Numbered from the stretch's first letter, positions 19,377-29,421 are shown. The stretch: DNA of 64,000 bases from Promethearchaeota archaeon (GCA_048937405.1 JBHLNF010000001.1:192001-256000); one strand, 5' to 3'. A program made the numbers and translations. Notes: generated by a model from the letters alone, not told the origin.

Positions 19377-20114
19377 TTAGGCAAGAATGTAAGGTTTTTC
19401 GTTTATCTCAGGAATCAAAATTATGAAATTACTACCCTTTTTATAATCCCCTTTCACTTTATCTTCCACCCAGATATAACCATTATATTTCTTTATTAAT
19501 TTTTTAACAAGAGTTAGTCCAAAACCCATTCCATTCAAACATTCTCGGATTTCATACTCTTTTTGAAAAATAGATTTTTTCCTTGCATTGGTAATACCAA
19601 CTCCGTTATCAATAAATTCGATTTTAACAAAAGAAGTATTATTCAGAATTATTTTTGAGACGTTAATTAATATTTGAATATTTGAGTTTTTATTGTGATA
19701 TATTGCATTAAATATAATATTCTCAAATACATTCTGCAATAATTTATCTCCTTGAACATATAATCCATTAAAATATGATTTTCGAATGCTTGAATAGTTG
19801 AAATTAATTTTTATATTATTTTCAGGAAATGATGATTCAATATATTCTATGGATGTCTTTAATAAATGGAGAACATCAATAGGTTGAAGAGAATTGTTAG
19901 AATCATCAAAATTAGTTACATTTTTCACATTTGAAATTATTTGAATTCCCCTCATCACCTGTTTATTTATAATATTCATACAAATTCTCATTTGTTCAGG
20001 TTTGGTTAAAGAAAAAGAGCAAAGTTGTAGAGAAGACTGAATAATATGAAGAATAGTCCCAAAATCATGAATTAAAATATCTCCATATGTATCAAATACA
20101 TTTTTTTTCTCTAT
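19377..20114 (-). CDS. Sensor-less histidine kinase (HisKA-like plus HATPase); extends upstream of the ORF call to an apparent ATA start
   Basis: H-box ILIHDFGTIL lies in frame upstream of 19991; ENIIFNAIYH, DNGVGI, GMGFGL; GGTGA 6 nt before ATA 20114, in-frame TGA further upstream. Confidence 0.8.
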   Translation of the reverse strand: MEKKNVFDTYGDILIHDFGTILHIIQSSLQLCSFSLTKPEQMRICMNIINKQVMRGIQIISNVKNVTNFDDSNNSLQPIDVLHLLKTSIEYIESSFPENNIKINFNYSSIRKSYFNGLYVQGDKLLQNVFENIIFNAIYHNKNSNIQILINVSKIILNNTSFVKIEFIDNGVGITNARKKSIFQKEYEIRECLNGMGFGLTLVKKLIKKYNGYIWVEDKVKGDYKKGSNFIILIPEINEKPYILA

Positions 20115-20328
20115 TGTTTGTCACCAATTATGATGCTAATTATTTTTATTGAATTTTTTTTATCTTTCTTATAAAGATTTAATTGTATTTTATGGTAAAA
20201 TTTGGATTACAATACTATAAAGATTGACATTTCTATAAAAAAACTTATATTTAAATCTTTTTTTTCCAAAAAGGTGTATTACAATAAAGATCATTTAATT
20301 TTTGAAATGAGTTTTTCATCTGTAAATT

Positions 20329-20730
20329 TTAACTTATAATACTATTATTTATTTTAATGTCCTTCCTTTTTAATATTTTTAAAACAGTTTTAAATAATTT
20401 TTCTAAAGAAAATGGTTTATCTAAAAAATATTTTGCTCCTTTGGATAAAGCTTCAATCTTAATTTTATTATCTGCACTAGCAAATATTATTTTTGCTGTA
20501 TTTTCAATCTTTAAGATTTCTTCAAGGATTTGAATACCGTTTTTATTTGGCATTCGATAATCCAAAATTATAATATCAGGTTTTTTATATAAATTCTTGA
20601 ATAATGAAATGGCTTCTTCTCCATCACCTGTTAGACCTAATATCTTATAACCCTTACTTTCTAGAGCCATTTTGTAAAACCTTCTTAATTGGTTATCATC
20701 CTCTGCTATAAAGATTGATGACATATTCAT
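20329..20730 (-). CDS. Single-domain response regulator
   Basis: AEDD, IILDYRMPNKNG, FASA, LDKPF. Confidence 0.93.
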   Translation of the reverse strand: MNMSSIFIAEDDNQLRRFYKMALESKGYKILGLTGDGEEAISLFKNLYKKPDIIILDYRMPNKNGIQILEEILKIENTAKIIFASADNKIKIEALSKGAKYFLDKPFSLEKLFKTVLKILKRKDIKINNSIIS

Positions 20731-22007
20731 TGTACCTCCGGAAGTTTAAGAATAAATTTACTCCCTTTGGTATAATCCTCTGGAATCTTGTTTTCAACCC
20801 AAATTTTAGCATTAAATATATCTAAAATACTTTTGACAAGCGATAATCCTAATCCTAATCCACTAAGGCTTTTATTCATCCCAAAATCCCTAGTAAAAAG
20901 ACTTTGTTTCCTTGAATCGGGAATACCTACTCCATTGTCAATAAACTCGACCTTAAAAAATTTTTTTCCCTCTTCTTGAATGTGAGAGATCTTGATTAAT
21001 ATCTCAACAATTGAATTATCATTATGAATAACAGCATTAAGGAGAATATTTTCAAATATATCAAATATGAATTTATTTGCCACAATGAAAAAATTTTGTA
21101 GCTTGGTTTCAATTAGAATTTTCATTTCCCTTTTCTCTGTCCTTTTTTTGAGGTTATTAATTGCTTCTTCTAATATTTCTTTAAAATCTAGTTTTTCTAA
21201 AAATGTTTCAGATTCTAAAATTATGCTAAATTTTCTAACATTCCTAATTAAGTGTGTTCCCCTGTCAATTTGTTCTTTAATCAATTTTATTGATTCGTTT
21301 TCAGTTAAATCTCCAGTAATTTTTAAGTCTTGTTCAAATAATTCTAAACCCATTAATATGTTTTGAAGAATGTTATTAATATCATGAACGAAAAGATCCT
21401 TATAAAAACATTCTCTATTATACGCTTCTTGATATTTTTCAATAGATTTCTCGAAATTGGATACAGAAAACCATGTTATGAATGCAATAAGTACATAAAT
21501 GTTTAATCCAATAAAATTAGGAAAGAATCCATTGATAAAGCAAATAAGTAAATTGACAAAAATAATGAAAAATGTCATAATAAAACTCATATATGGGGTT
21601 ATTAAAAATCCAGCCATAATAATAGGTAACACAAGCTGAAGAAGAGATCTGCCTAAGACAAGTTCATAGGGAGTATCTGAGAGAAAAATAAGTATAGTTA
21701 CTAGTACTAGAAAAGTGCTAATGGCTAATTTATTAGACAAATAGTTATTTACCAAGAAAATAACAATACCTCCGAAAAAAGCAAATGTGGATAAACCTAA
21801 TATCAAAATTGTCTCTTTATTTCCTCCAATAGGAGATCCAATGATGAAGAAACTAAGATATATTAAAATAATCAAACCATCTGCAGATTCTATTCCAAGA
21901 AGTAAAATATTGAGAACTTTTTTTTTTCTCATTTCCTCTAGATCTTTTTTATGAATCAAAAAAAAATAATTTAGAATTCTCTTTATAAATGAACTCACCA
22001 TTTGCAC
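20727..22007 (-). CDS. Membrane-bound sensor histidine kinase
   Basis: About 6 TM helices; LFVHDINNILQ, ENILLNAVIH, DNGVGI, GLGLGL. Confidence 0.92.
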   Translation of the reverse strand: MQMVSSFIKRILNYFFLIHKKDLEEMRKKKVLNILLLGIESADGLIILIYLSFFIIGSPIGGNKETILILGLSTFAFFGGIVIFLVNNYLSNKLAISTFLVLVTILIFLSDTPYELVLGRSLLQLVLPIIMAGFLITPYMSFIMTFFIIFVNLLICFINGFFPNFIGLNIYVLIAFITWFSVSNFEKSIEKYQEAYNRECFYKDLFVHDINNILQNILMGLELFEQDLKITGDLTENESIKLIKEQIDRGTHLIRNVRKFSIILESETFLEKLDFKEILEEAINNLKKRTEKREMKILIETKLQNFFIVANKFIFDIFENILLNAVIHNDNSIVEILIKISHIQEEGKKFFKVEFIDNGVGIPDSRKQSLFTRDFGMNKSLSGLGLGLSLVKSILDIFNAKIWVENKIPEDYTKGSKFILKLPEVQ

Positions 22008-22739
22008 CCTTAACTAAAAAACAAGAATGATTATAGAATAATAGAATTAATATTTAAATTTAGCCATATTTGTCAGGAATAATTAGCAAACAAATAAATA
22101 CAACTCTTCTCAAATTTCAAGATTGTTATTAATTAACTTATTTCTTCCTATTTTTGTCTAAAAAATAATTTTAGATAATTTATAATAATATCTTCAGTTT
22201 TTAAGCTTTTTAAGAGTAAAGGAAGATTAAATAAGAATCTTGGATTAGTATCAATATATTAGACAAGTTAATAAACATTTTTGGTTATAATAAGAATAGA
22301 AGAGAAATTATATAAAATAAAATTTGAGTTAACATTGGATTTCGCCCTCTATTAACCTTAAAGTAGGTTATTCTCCTCCTCACATTTTAAACTCAAGTTT
22401 TTTCTTCCCTTCTCCTCAAGTTTTAAGATAAGGTTGTTAAGTAGAGATAAATCCTAATATGACTCTTTCAATGTTTAGATCCTTGTTTCTAGGTCAAGCG
22501 CAATCAAATTTTTATTACTGGAAAGAAAAAGCAAAAGAAGATAATTAATTTTTTCTAATTAAATAATTTTTAAGTTTTATGGTTTTATTTTAGATTTCAA
22601 TATCAATTAATAAAATTAAAATTTAATCCATTACTAATTAGAACAATACGGAGTAATGGATGGAAAAAACTAAAATAATAATTCTGGATATTGTTCCTGA
22701 TTTTATTAATTAAAATAAGATAAGAAATTTTAGGAAAGA

Positions 22740-22895
22740 GTGAATAATTATGCCAAATACCATAGCAGATGCTTGTTGTGCCCTCAAAAATGCAGAAAGA
22801 GCACGTAAAAAGGAAGTTATTATTAGCCCTGCTTCTAAGGTTCTTCAACAAATTCTTCGAATATTCCAAAGACAAGCATATATTGGCGAATTCGA
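22740..22895 (+). repeat. Direct repeat copy 2 (rps8 SD plus 5' end), attR-like
   Basis: Near-identical to 7714-7869. Confidence 0.95.
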
Positions 22896-23133
22896 GAGGT
22901 ATGATGACGGAAGGCAAGGAAAATTTAAGATAGCATTATTAGGTAAAATTAATGAGTGTGCAGGATTAATGAGATTAAATTATAAATTATCTCAATTTGA
23001 GATGTTAGAAAGAAAATTATTACCAGCTCCAGGATTAGGCATTATAATTTTTACAACAAATCAAGGTATAATGACGATGAGTGAAGCAGAAGAAAATCAT
23101 ATTGGTGGGCATACTTTATGTTATATTTATTAA
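22750..23133 (+). CDS. rps8: 30S ribosomal protein uS8 (intact copy)
   Basis: YIGEFERYDDGRQGK, LLGKINECA, TTNQGIMT, IGGHTLCYIY. Confidence 0.98.
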   Translation: MPNTIADACCALKNAERARKKEVIISPASKVLQQILRIFQRQAYIGEFERYDDGRQGKFKIALLGKINECAGLMRLNYKLSQFEMLERKLLPAPGLGIIIFTTNQGIMTMSEAEENHIGGHTLCYIY

Positions 23134-23155
23134 ATTATTACGAGGGAACTATTAA

Positions 23156-23734
23156 ATGGTAAAAATTGCGTTTTTTAAAGAAGAATTGGAAATTCCTGCT
23201 GGTGTAAAAATCACACTAGAAGCTGGACAGCATATTCGAATAAAAGGTGCTAATGGTGATATAATAAAAGATTTCTCCCATATAAGAGGTATAAAAATCT
23301 CAGTGGAGAAAAAAAAAATTATATTTACAACTAACTTTCCAAAAAGTGGAACAGTAGCATTAATTAAAACTGTTGTTAGTATCATTAATAATTTAATTAT
23401 TGGAGTTCAAACAAATTATAAATATGTATCTAAAATTTGTTATTCACATTTTCCTTGTAATTGTGAAGTGAAATCAGATAAGAAAGAGATTCATGTAGTT
23501 AATTTTTTAGGAGAAAGAGCCCCTAGAAAGGCAAATTATCCTAATAATGTGAAAGTTGAAGTAAAGGGAGATGATGTATATTTTATTGGACCAGATAAAG
23601 AAGCTTTAGGTCAAGCAGCTGCTAATGTTAAAAGAGCTTGTCGTATTCGGAAAAAAGATCCTCGAGTTTTTCAAGATGGGGTCTATTTATACAAAAAAAT
23701 GATTGGAGATGAAATTATCTGGGAAATCGCCTAA
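23156..23734 (+). CDS. rpl6: 50S ribosomal protein uL6
   Basis: YSHFP, NFLGERAPR, KKDPRVFQDGVY. Confidence 0.98.
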   Translation: MVKIAFFKEELEIPAGVKITLEAGQHIRIKGANGDIIKDFSHIRGIKISVEKKKIIFTTNFPKSGTVALIKTVVSIINNLIIGVQTNYKYVSKICYSHFPCNCEVKSDKKEIHVVNFLGERAPRKANYPNNVKVEVKGDDVYFIGPDKEALGQAAANVKRACRIRKKDPRVFQDGVYLYKKMIGDEIIWEIA

Positions 23735-23749
23735 AGTAAGGTAATTATT

Positions 23750-24268
23750 ATGGTACAAGATAAAAGATTATTAGAACTTCGGAAAAAAATAAATAAAACT
23801 CGACCTTCATTTAGAAGGGTTGAGTCTTGGCGATATAAGAGAGTTAAAGATTCATGGAGAAAAGCAAGAGGTATTGATTCAAGAACAAGAAAAAAAAAGA
23901 AATCTGGCGTTAAATCCCCCTCTGTTGGATACAGATCTCCAAAAAAAGTTAGAGGTTTGCATCCTTCAGGGTATTTTGAGGTACCGGTTACTAGAATCCA
24001 AGATTTTAAAAATCTCAATAAAAATAGACATGCTGTTAAAATCTCTAGCAAATTAGGTTCAAAAAAGCGCATCGCTCTTATCGATTATTGCCAAAAAAGA
24101 GGGTTTAAAATATTAAACCTTGGTATTTCTCAAAAAGAAATCGAAAGTTTAGAGGCTATGGCAGAAGCCCCTCTATCTGATTTTGAGGATGAAGATTTTC
24201 TAGATAATGATGATTTAGAAGAATCTCTTGGTTTAGATGATAAAAAAGCTAAAAAAAAGAGGAGATAA
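23750..24268 (+). CDS. rpl32e: 50S ribosomal protein eL32
   Basis: WRKARGIDS, GYRSPKKVRGLHPSG. Confidence 0.97.
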   Translation: MVQDKRLLELRKKINKTRPSFRRVESWRYKRVKDSWRKARGIDSRTRKKKKSGVKSPSVGYRSPKKVRGLHPSGYFEVPVTRIQDFKNLNKNRHAVKISSKLGSKKRIALIDYCQKRGFKILNLGISQKEIESLEAMAEAPLSDFEDEDFLDNDDLEESLGLDDKKAKKKRR

Positions 24269-24271
24269 AGG

Positions 24272-24733
24272 ATGAATTTAAAACCGCAAAAACGAATGGC
24301 AGCAGAAATTCTTAAATGTGGGGAAAATAGAGTTTATTTTGATCCGTATTTAATTGAAGATATATCACTTGCTATAACTCGAGATGACATTCGTAGTTTA
24401 ATAAAACAAGGTATAATACAGAAAAAATATAAAACTGGTATTTCAAATTATAGAAAAAAATTAAGACATCAGAGGAAGAAGAAAGGAAGAGCTAGAGGTT
24501 TAGGAAAGCGAAAAGGTACAAAGTATGCAAGAACACCAAAAAAGAAAGCCTGGATTAAACGAATACGTCCAATTAGACGAGAACTAAAAAAACTAAGAGA
24601 TAGAAAATTAATTACACCTGCTAATTATCGAAAGTTATATAAGAATGCTAAAGGTGGAATGTTCAATACTGTTGCTCAGTTAAATAGATACATTAAAGAA
24701 AAAGAATTAATAAGAAGAGGGAGAGGTCGTTAA
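24272..24733 (+). CDS. rpl19e: 50S ribosomal protein eL19
   Basis: QKRMAAEILKCGENRV, GKRKGTKYAR, KGGMF. Confidence 0.98.
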   Translation: MNLKPQKRMAAEILKCGENRVYFDPYLIEDISLAITRDDIRSLIKQGIIQKKYKTGISNYRKKLRHQRKKKGRARGLGKRKGTKYARTPKKKAWIKRIRPIRRELKKLRDRKLITPANYRKLYKNAKGGMFNTVAQLNRYIKEKELIRRGRGR

Positions 24734-24735
24734 AA

Positions 24736-25329
24736 TTGGCTAAAGGTCCAAGATATAGAAGATCATTTCGAAGACGTCATGATGGAAAAACAGATTATCA
24801 TAAGAGATTAAAATTATTAAAATCAAGAAAATTAAGGGTAGTTATTCGAGCTTCAAATAATCATATGAGAGTTCAACTAGTTCAATCCACATTAGGTGGT
24901 GATAAAGTTTTAGTTTCTGCTTTTTCTAAAGAATTAACCTCAAAGTATGAATGGAACGCTAACACGGGAAACATTCCTGCTTCTTATTTAACGGGGTATT
25001 TAGCAGGATTACGGGCAAAAAAACAAAATATTCAGGACGGAATTTTTGATTTAGGGCTGTTCTATCATCGTAATCGAGTGTTAGCTACTTGTAAAGGATT
25101 AATCGATACTGGAATAGACATTCCTTATCGTGAAGAATTTTTTCCAGAAAGTTTAGATAATAGAATTAAAGGGATTCATATTGAAGAATATGCCAAAACT
25201 CTAAAATCAAATGAGCCAGAATTATATGAACAGTTATTCTCAGGATATTTAAATAAAAACAAAATTAATCCATTAAAACTAAGTCAAATGATTTCAGATT
25301 CATCAAAAAAGATTAAAAATCAAGTTTAA
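24736..25329 (+). CDS. rpl18: 50S ribosomal protein uL18
   Basis: GPRY...RRRHDGKTDY, NIPASYLTG; TTG start. Confidence 0.97.
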   Translation: MAKGPRYRRSFRRRHDGKTDYHKRLKLLKSRKLRVVIRASNNHMRVQLVQSTLGGDKVLVSAFSKELTSKYEWNANTGNIPASYLTGYLAGLRAKKQNIQDGIFDLGLFYHRNRVLATCKGLIDTGIDIPYREEFFPESLDNRIKGIHIEEYAKTLKSNEPELYEQLFSGYLNKNKINPLKLSQMISDSSKKIKNQV

Positions 25330-25344
25330 AAAGTGAGTTAAATA

Positions 25345-25959
25345 ATGAGTCGTTTAAGAAATATAGATGAAGAATGGACCCCAAAGACACGTTTAGGTGA
25401 ACTAGTTCAGCAAGGGCTCATGACACTAGATAAAATATTTCAAAATAATTTAGTTGTTAAAGAAAAAGAAATAATAAATATATTACTCCCTCAACTCAGA
25501 GAAGATGTAATAACTATACGTATGATACAAAAAATGACCGCTAGCGGTCAACGTAGTAGATTTAAGGCAGTTGTTATTGTAGGTGCTGATGGGTTTCTAG
25601 GAGTAGGAGCATCAAAAAGCAAAGAAGTTGGACCTGCAATTAGAAAAGCAATTGATAAAGCTAAACTATCCGTTATCCCAATCCTCAGAGGTTGTGGGAG
25701 TAAGGAATGTGGATGTGGAGGAACGCATAGTATACCGTTTAAAATCAAAGGTAAGTGTGGATCAGTCAGAATCCAATTAATACCCGCACCTGCAGGAGTG
25801 GGGTTAGCATGTGCAGATAAAGTAAAACAGGTACTGAAATTATGTGGTATTGAAGATGTTTGGAGTAAGACCTATGGCGATACAAGAACAAGTGAGAATC
25901 TAGTTAAAGCTACTTTTGAGGCTTTAAAAAATGCTCATAAATTTAACTTTAATATTTAA
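25345..25959 (+). CDS. rps5: 30S ribosomal protein uS5
   Basis: WTPKTRLG, GQRSRFKA, LIPAPAGVG. Confidence 0.98.
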   Translation: MSRLRNIDEEWTPKTRLGELVQQGLMTLDKIFQNNLVVKEKEIINILLPQLREDVITIRMIQKMTASGQRSRFKAVVIVGADGFLGVGASKSKEVGPAIRKAIDKAKLSVIPILRGCGSKECGCGGTHSIPFKIKGKCGSVRIQLIPAPAGVGLACADKVKQVLKLCGIEDVWSKTYGDTRTSENLVKATFEALKNAHKFNFNI

Positions 25960-25976
25960 AAGTAAGTGGTGTAAAA

Positions 25977-26501
25977 ATGGCTATGGCAAAAAAAAAAATA
26001 AGAATGAAGGAAACTGATTTTACTCCAAAATTATATTTTGCAATACGCATAAGAGGTGCCCCTGGTATGAGAAGAAAAATATTAGATACCTTAAAGATGC
26101 TTAGAATGCATAAAGTAAATCATGGGGTATTAATTTGGGGTACTCCTTCTTATAAAGGTATGCTTATAAAATGTAAAGATTATATTGCTTATGGAGAAAT
26201 TGATGAGAAGACTTTAGTAAGACTACTAAGAGTAAGAGGGAGAGTAGAAGGCAATAAAATGTTAACTGAAGAACACATTAAGAATTTAACTAACTATAAA
26301 AATTTTAAAGAATTAGCTAAAGCACTACTTAACGGAGAAATTCAATTTAAAGAAAAATATATCTACAAAATTAAACCAGTATTCCGATTACATCCCCCCA
26401 GAAAAGGACATAAAGGTACCATTAAAAAACATTATAATGAAGGGGGATCATTAGGGAATGTTGGAGAATATATTAATGAATTAATCCATAAAATGCTCTA
26501 A
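25977..26501 (+). CDS. rpl30: 50S ribosomal protein uL30
   Basis: AIRIRG, KPVFRLHPPRKG. Confidence 0.97.
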   Translation: MAMAKKKIRMKETDFTPKLYFAIRIRGAPGMRRKILDTLKMLRMHKVNHGVLIWGTPSYKGMLIKCKDYIAYGEIDEKTLVRLLRVRGRVEGNKMLTEEHIKNLTNYKNFKELAKALLNGEIQFKEKYIYKIKPVFRLHPPRKGHKGTIKKHYNEGGSLGNVGEYINELIHKML

Positions 26502-26518
26502 TCTAAAGGTGAAAAATT

Positions 26519-27001
26519 ATTACACGAAAATATCCAAGAAAAGTTAGAAGCATGAGAGGAAGACGTACTCACGGTTATGGGAGAGTAGGTCAACATAGAA
26601 AAACTGGACAACGCGCTGGCAGAGGAAAAACTACTCAATGGAAAAAAAGTAAAAAAAGCTATTATTTAAAACAAAAAGAACTCGGTTTTCCAGACCCAGA
26701 TTGGGATATTGGGAAGAAGGGATTTAAGAGACCTCAAGATATTTTAAGAATTTATAAAGTAAATACAATTAATGTAAAAGATTTAGATCAAAAGATTGAT
26801 AATCTTGTCCTTGACAATAAAGCCACAAAATCTGGCAGTACATATAGCATAAATATGAATGAAATTAATATTCAGAAACTTTTAGGAAAAGGAGAAATAC
26901 ATAAAGCAATCAATATAACTGTTAATAAGGCATCTCAAAAAGCTATTGAAAAGATTGAAGATGCCGGTGGCAAAATTACCCTATTGTCTCAAGCAGAATA
27001 A
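26519..27001 (+). CDS. rpl15: 50S ribosomal protein uL15; probable ATT start upstream of the ORF call
   Basis: TRKYPRKVRSMRGRRTHGYG; KLLGKG, ASQKAIEKIEDAGG; in-frame TGA at 26510 lies inside the GGTGA SD. Confidence 0.93.
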   Translation: MTRKYPRKVRSMRGRRTHGYGRVGQHRKTGQRAGRGKTTQWKKSKKSYYLKQKELGFPDPDWDIGKKGFKRPQDILRIYKVNTINVKDLDQKIDNLVLDNKATKSGSTYSINMNEINIQKLLGKGEIHKAINITVNKASQKAIEKIEDAGGKITLLSQAE

Positions 27002-27071
27002 AATTTAATATATTTTCAATACAGTTCTTTATGCAATTATTTCAATTATTTTTTTCTTCAGAGAAATTAAA

Positions 27072-27209
27072 ATGGCTATGGAAGATTTTGTTGATGATGA
27101 AACCGAAGAGGAAAGAAGAAAACGAAAAATATGTTTATTAATTTTTATAATAGTATTGCTAGTTATGACGTTGCCATCAACATTGGCTATTATTACTATG
27201 TTTAAATGA
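27072..27209 (+). CDS. 45-aa putative tail-anchored membrane peptide
   Basis: MAMEDFVDDETEEERRKRKICLLIFIIVLLVMTLPSTLAIITMFK. Confidence 0.55.
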   Translation: MAMEDFVDDETEEERRKRKICLLIFIIVLLVMTLPSTLAIITMFK

Positions 27210-27219
27210 TGACTATGCT

Positions 27220-27873
27220 TTAAAATAACATTTTTTTAACTAATTGGATTAATCCAGGTAATATAAAAATAAATCCCAATGTATTTCCAACAATATGAAC
27301 TATAGTAAATATTAATCCTGTCATAAAATAAGGTAGATATTCATTAAGTGTACCAAAATAAGATAACACTTCTACTAATGTAGAAATCAATTGATAACTT
27401 GAAGTAAGTAAAGCCCCTATCAAACCAAACAAAATCATTACTGAAACTCTATATAGATCCTCATCTGATAAAAATGCTCTTTTCTTTTGAAAAAAATTAC
27501 CTGTCAATCCTCCAATTAAACCTGTAATTGAATAATGTGATAATTGGGCCATAAAAAGCGGTAAAGGAGAAGCACCTAAAGGATTAAAAAAACAAAAAAT
27601 AAATGAACTTAAAAATCCCACTATCATACCATCTCTTTTGCCAAGAATAAATCCTGATAAGAATATGGTTAGGGTAAATAATTCAATATTAGGAATATAT
27701 GCTAAAAGATACCCTAAAACTATTGCTAATGCTGTAAACATGCTAATTAAAGCAATTCGAAATGATTTTCTTTCCAACCATATTGAACAATTTGCTTTTT
27801 CTTGTTCAACATCAGGTACCTCCAATGTTTCACTAGATTCTTTTAATTCTGCTTTTGTTGCCATCTTATTCAT
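27220..27873 (-). CDS. ECF transporter S component (CbrT-like, possibly cobalamin)
   Basis: IALISMFTALAIVLG...IPNIELFTLTIFLSG; about 6 TM; HIVGN. Confidence 0.75.
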   Translation of the reverse strand: MNKMATKAELKESSETLEVPDVEQEKANCSIWLERKSFRIALISMFTALAIVLGYLLAYIPNIELFTLTIFLSGFILGKRDGMIVGFLSSFIFCFFNPLGASPLPLFMAQLSHYSITGLIGGLTGNFFQKKRAFLSDEDLYRVSVMILFGLIGALLTSSYQLISTLVEVLSYFGTLNEYLPYFMTGLIFTIVHIVGNTLGFIFILPGLIQLVKKMLF

Positions 27874-28085
27874 TCAAAAAAAAAAAATTTTAGGATATAA
27901 TTTTTTATAATTGAACATATTTTTTAAATATATAGGAAAATTAGCCTACGGGGCTTACGGCTTCTATTCTTTAAAAATTAAGAGTAGAAAGCATGTTTTT
28001 TTAATACTTACTAGCATTGAAGAAGTCTTTAAAATTTATTATATCTTAAGTAATATATAAGCAAAAATAAATAATAAAAAGGTAA

Positions 28086-28559
28086 TTGAAATTGGAGAAT
28101 ATTATTATAATTAAAGAAGAACTGGAATGTGATACATCAACAGCTTTTAAAATGTTTACTAATAATAAATCCTTAGAGAGTTGGTTGACTGAAGAAGCGG
28201 ATATAGAACCTAAACTTGGAGGTAAGTATGAACTTTTCTGGGATCCTAACAATAAAAAATCTAACAGTACAATAGGGTGTAAAATTACAGGAATCGAGAA
28301 GAATAAATTTATATCATTTGATTGGAAGGGACCAGTCGAATTTGAATCATTTATGAATTGTGCTGATCCACTTACACATGTGATTGTATTCTTTTCTCAG
28401 AATGAATCTGATTCAAATATAAGTAATATATTTTTATTCCATACTGGGTGGAGAGATAATTCTGAATGGCAAAAAGCTCGGATTTATTTTGATAAAGCAT
28501 GGTTGAAGGCGTTAGAAAACCTGAAAGAAAAGATTATTAATAAAACCTTAGGCATCTAA
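28086..28559 (+). CDS. SRPBCC/AHSA1-like domain protein
   Basis: LESW...ADIEPKLGGKYE, ISFDW, HTGW...W..ALENLK. Confidence 0.85.
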   Translation: MKLENIIIIKEELECDTSTAFKMFTNNKSLESWLTEEADIEPKLGGKYELFWDPNNKKSNSTIGCKITGIEKNKFISFDWKGPVEFESFMNCADPLTHVIVFFSQNESDSNISNIFLFHTGWRDNSEWQKARIYFDKAWLKALENLKEKIINKTLGI

Positions 28560-28598
28560 ATATTTAAATAAATAACTCTCATTCTAAATATTGACAAA

Positions 28599-29380
28599 AT
28601 GAAAGATATAAATAACAAACAATTTGTAATTTTTAACAATAAAAAGCACTATGTCAATTATTTTGAATTTAATTCACTAAGCCTGACTGATCTCGGAATT
28701 AAAGATATATCTGAAATAAATGGCTTAGATAAGTTAAATAATCTAAATCATTTACACTTGTCTGATAATAAAATAACCCAAATAAATGGTTTAGACCATT
28801 AGAGAACCTTGAATGGCTAACGCTATAAGCTAATAAAATCACAGAAATTAAAGGTTTAGAAAATCTGAGAAACTTGCAAGAATTAAACCTCTGCTTGAAT
28901 GAAATATCTGAAATAAAAGGACTGGATTCCCTAACAAACCTTAAGATTTTACGAATTTATGCGAATCGAATTGAAGAAATTAAAGGTCTTGAAAACTTAA
29001 AAAGTTTAGAAATCCTAGAGCTTGGTGAGGCTCATTAGCAATCTGGAAATCTGATTAAAGAAATTAAAGGTCTTGAAAATCTTACTAACCTCAAGGAATT
29101 ACGCCATTCATATAATCAAATCAAAGAAATCAAAGGACTTGAAAATTTAAAAAAACTCGAACTTCTAGACCTTCATAAGAATGAGATCACTGAAATTAAA
29201 GGGCTTGATAATCTAGAGAAATTGAAATGGCTTGATTTATCACATAATCAAATTATTGAATTTAAAGGTCTTGATAAGCTTAATAACTTAATTTGGTTGT
29301 TTTTAGAACCAAAATTATTAAAAAGCACTGAATTCGAAGAACATCCTGTATATGATTATAAAACAGGTAAAAAACTCTAA
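28599..29380 (+). pseudogene. Leucine-rich-repeat (SDS22/internalin-like) pseudogene
   Basis: About 9 repeats of the form LxxLxLxxNxIxEIKGLEN; frameshift near 28800, stops TAA 28826 and TAG 29036. Confidence 0.85.
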
Positions 29381-29421
29381 AGTTCGATCTATATTATTAC
29401 TTTTAACACAATTTCTAAATC

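Larger units (their letters stand above)
7870..22739. mobile_element. ~15 kb genomic island inserted in rps8, carrying two-component and small-GTPase signalling genes
   Basis: Flanked by direct repeats and interrupts the conserved uS14-uS8 adjacency; no integrase recognised. Confidence 0.75.

Noticed and set aside
7870-22739. Integrase, transposase or viral genes within the island
   Set aside because: No tyrosine/serine recombinase, DDE, capsid or replication motifs are recognisable, so it is not called a provirus or autonomous element.
22603-22917. Antisense ORFs over ribosomal and other genes (e.g. 22603-22917, 23731-24072, 54051-54449, 36091-36468)
   Set aside because: Shadow ORFs opposite well-supported genes, with no motifs of their own.
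27940-28015. Hairpin upstream of the ECF S-component gene as a riboswitch
   Set aside because: Only a simple ~12-bp stem, with no aptamer consensus; insufficient support.
28800-29038. Pyrrolysine or stop-codon read-through in the LRR gene
   Set aside because: The lesions include a frameshift and a TAA, which indicates pseudogenisation rather than recoding.
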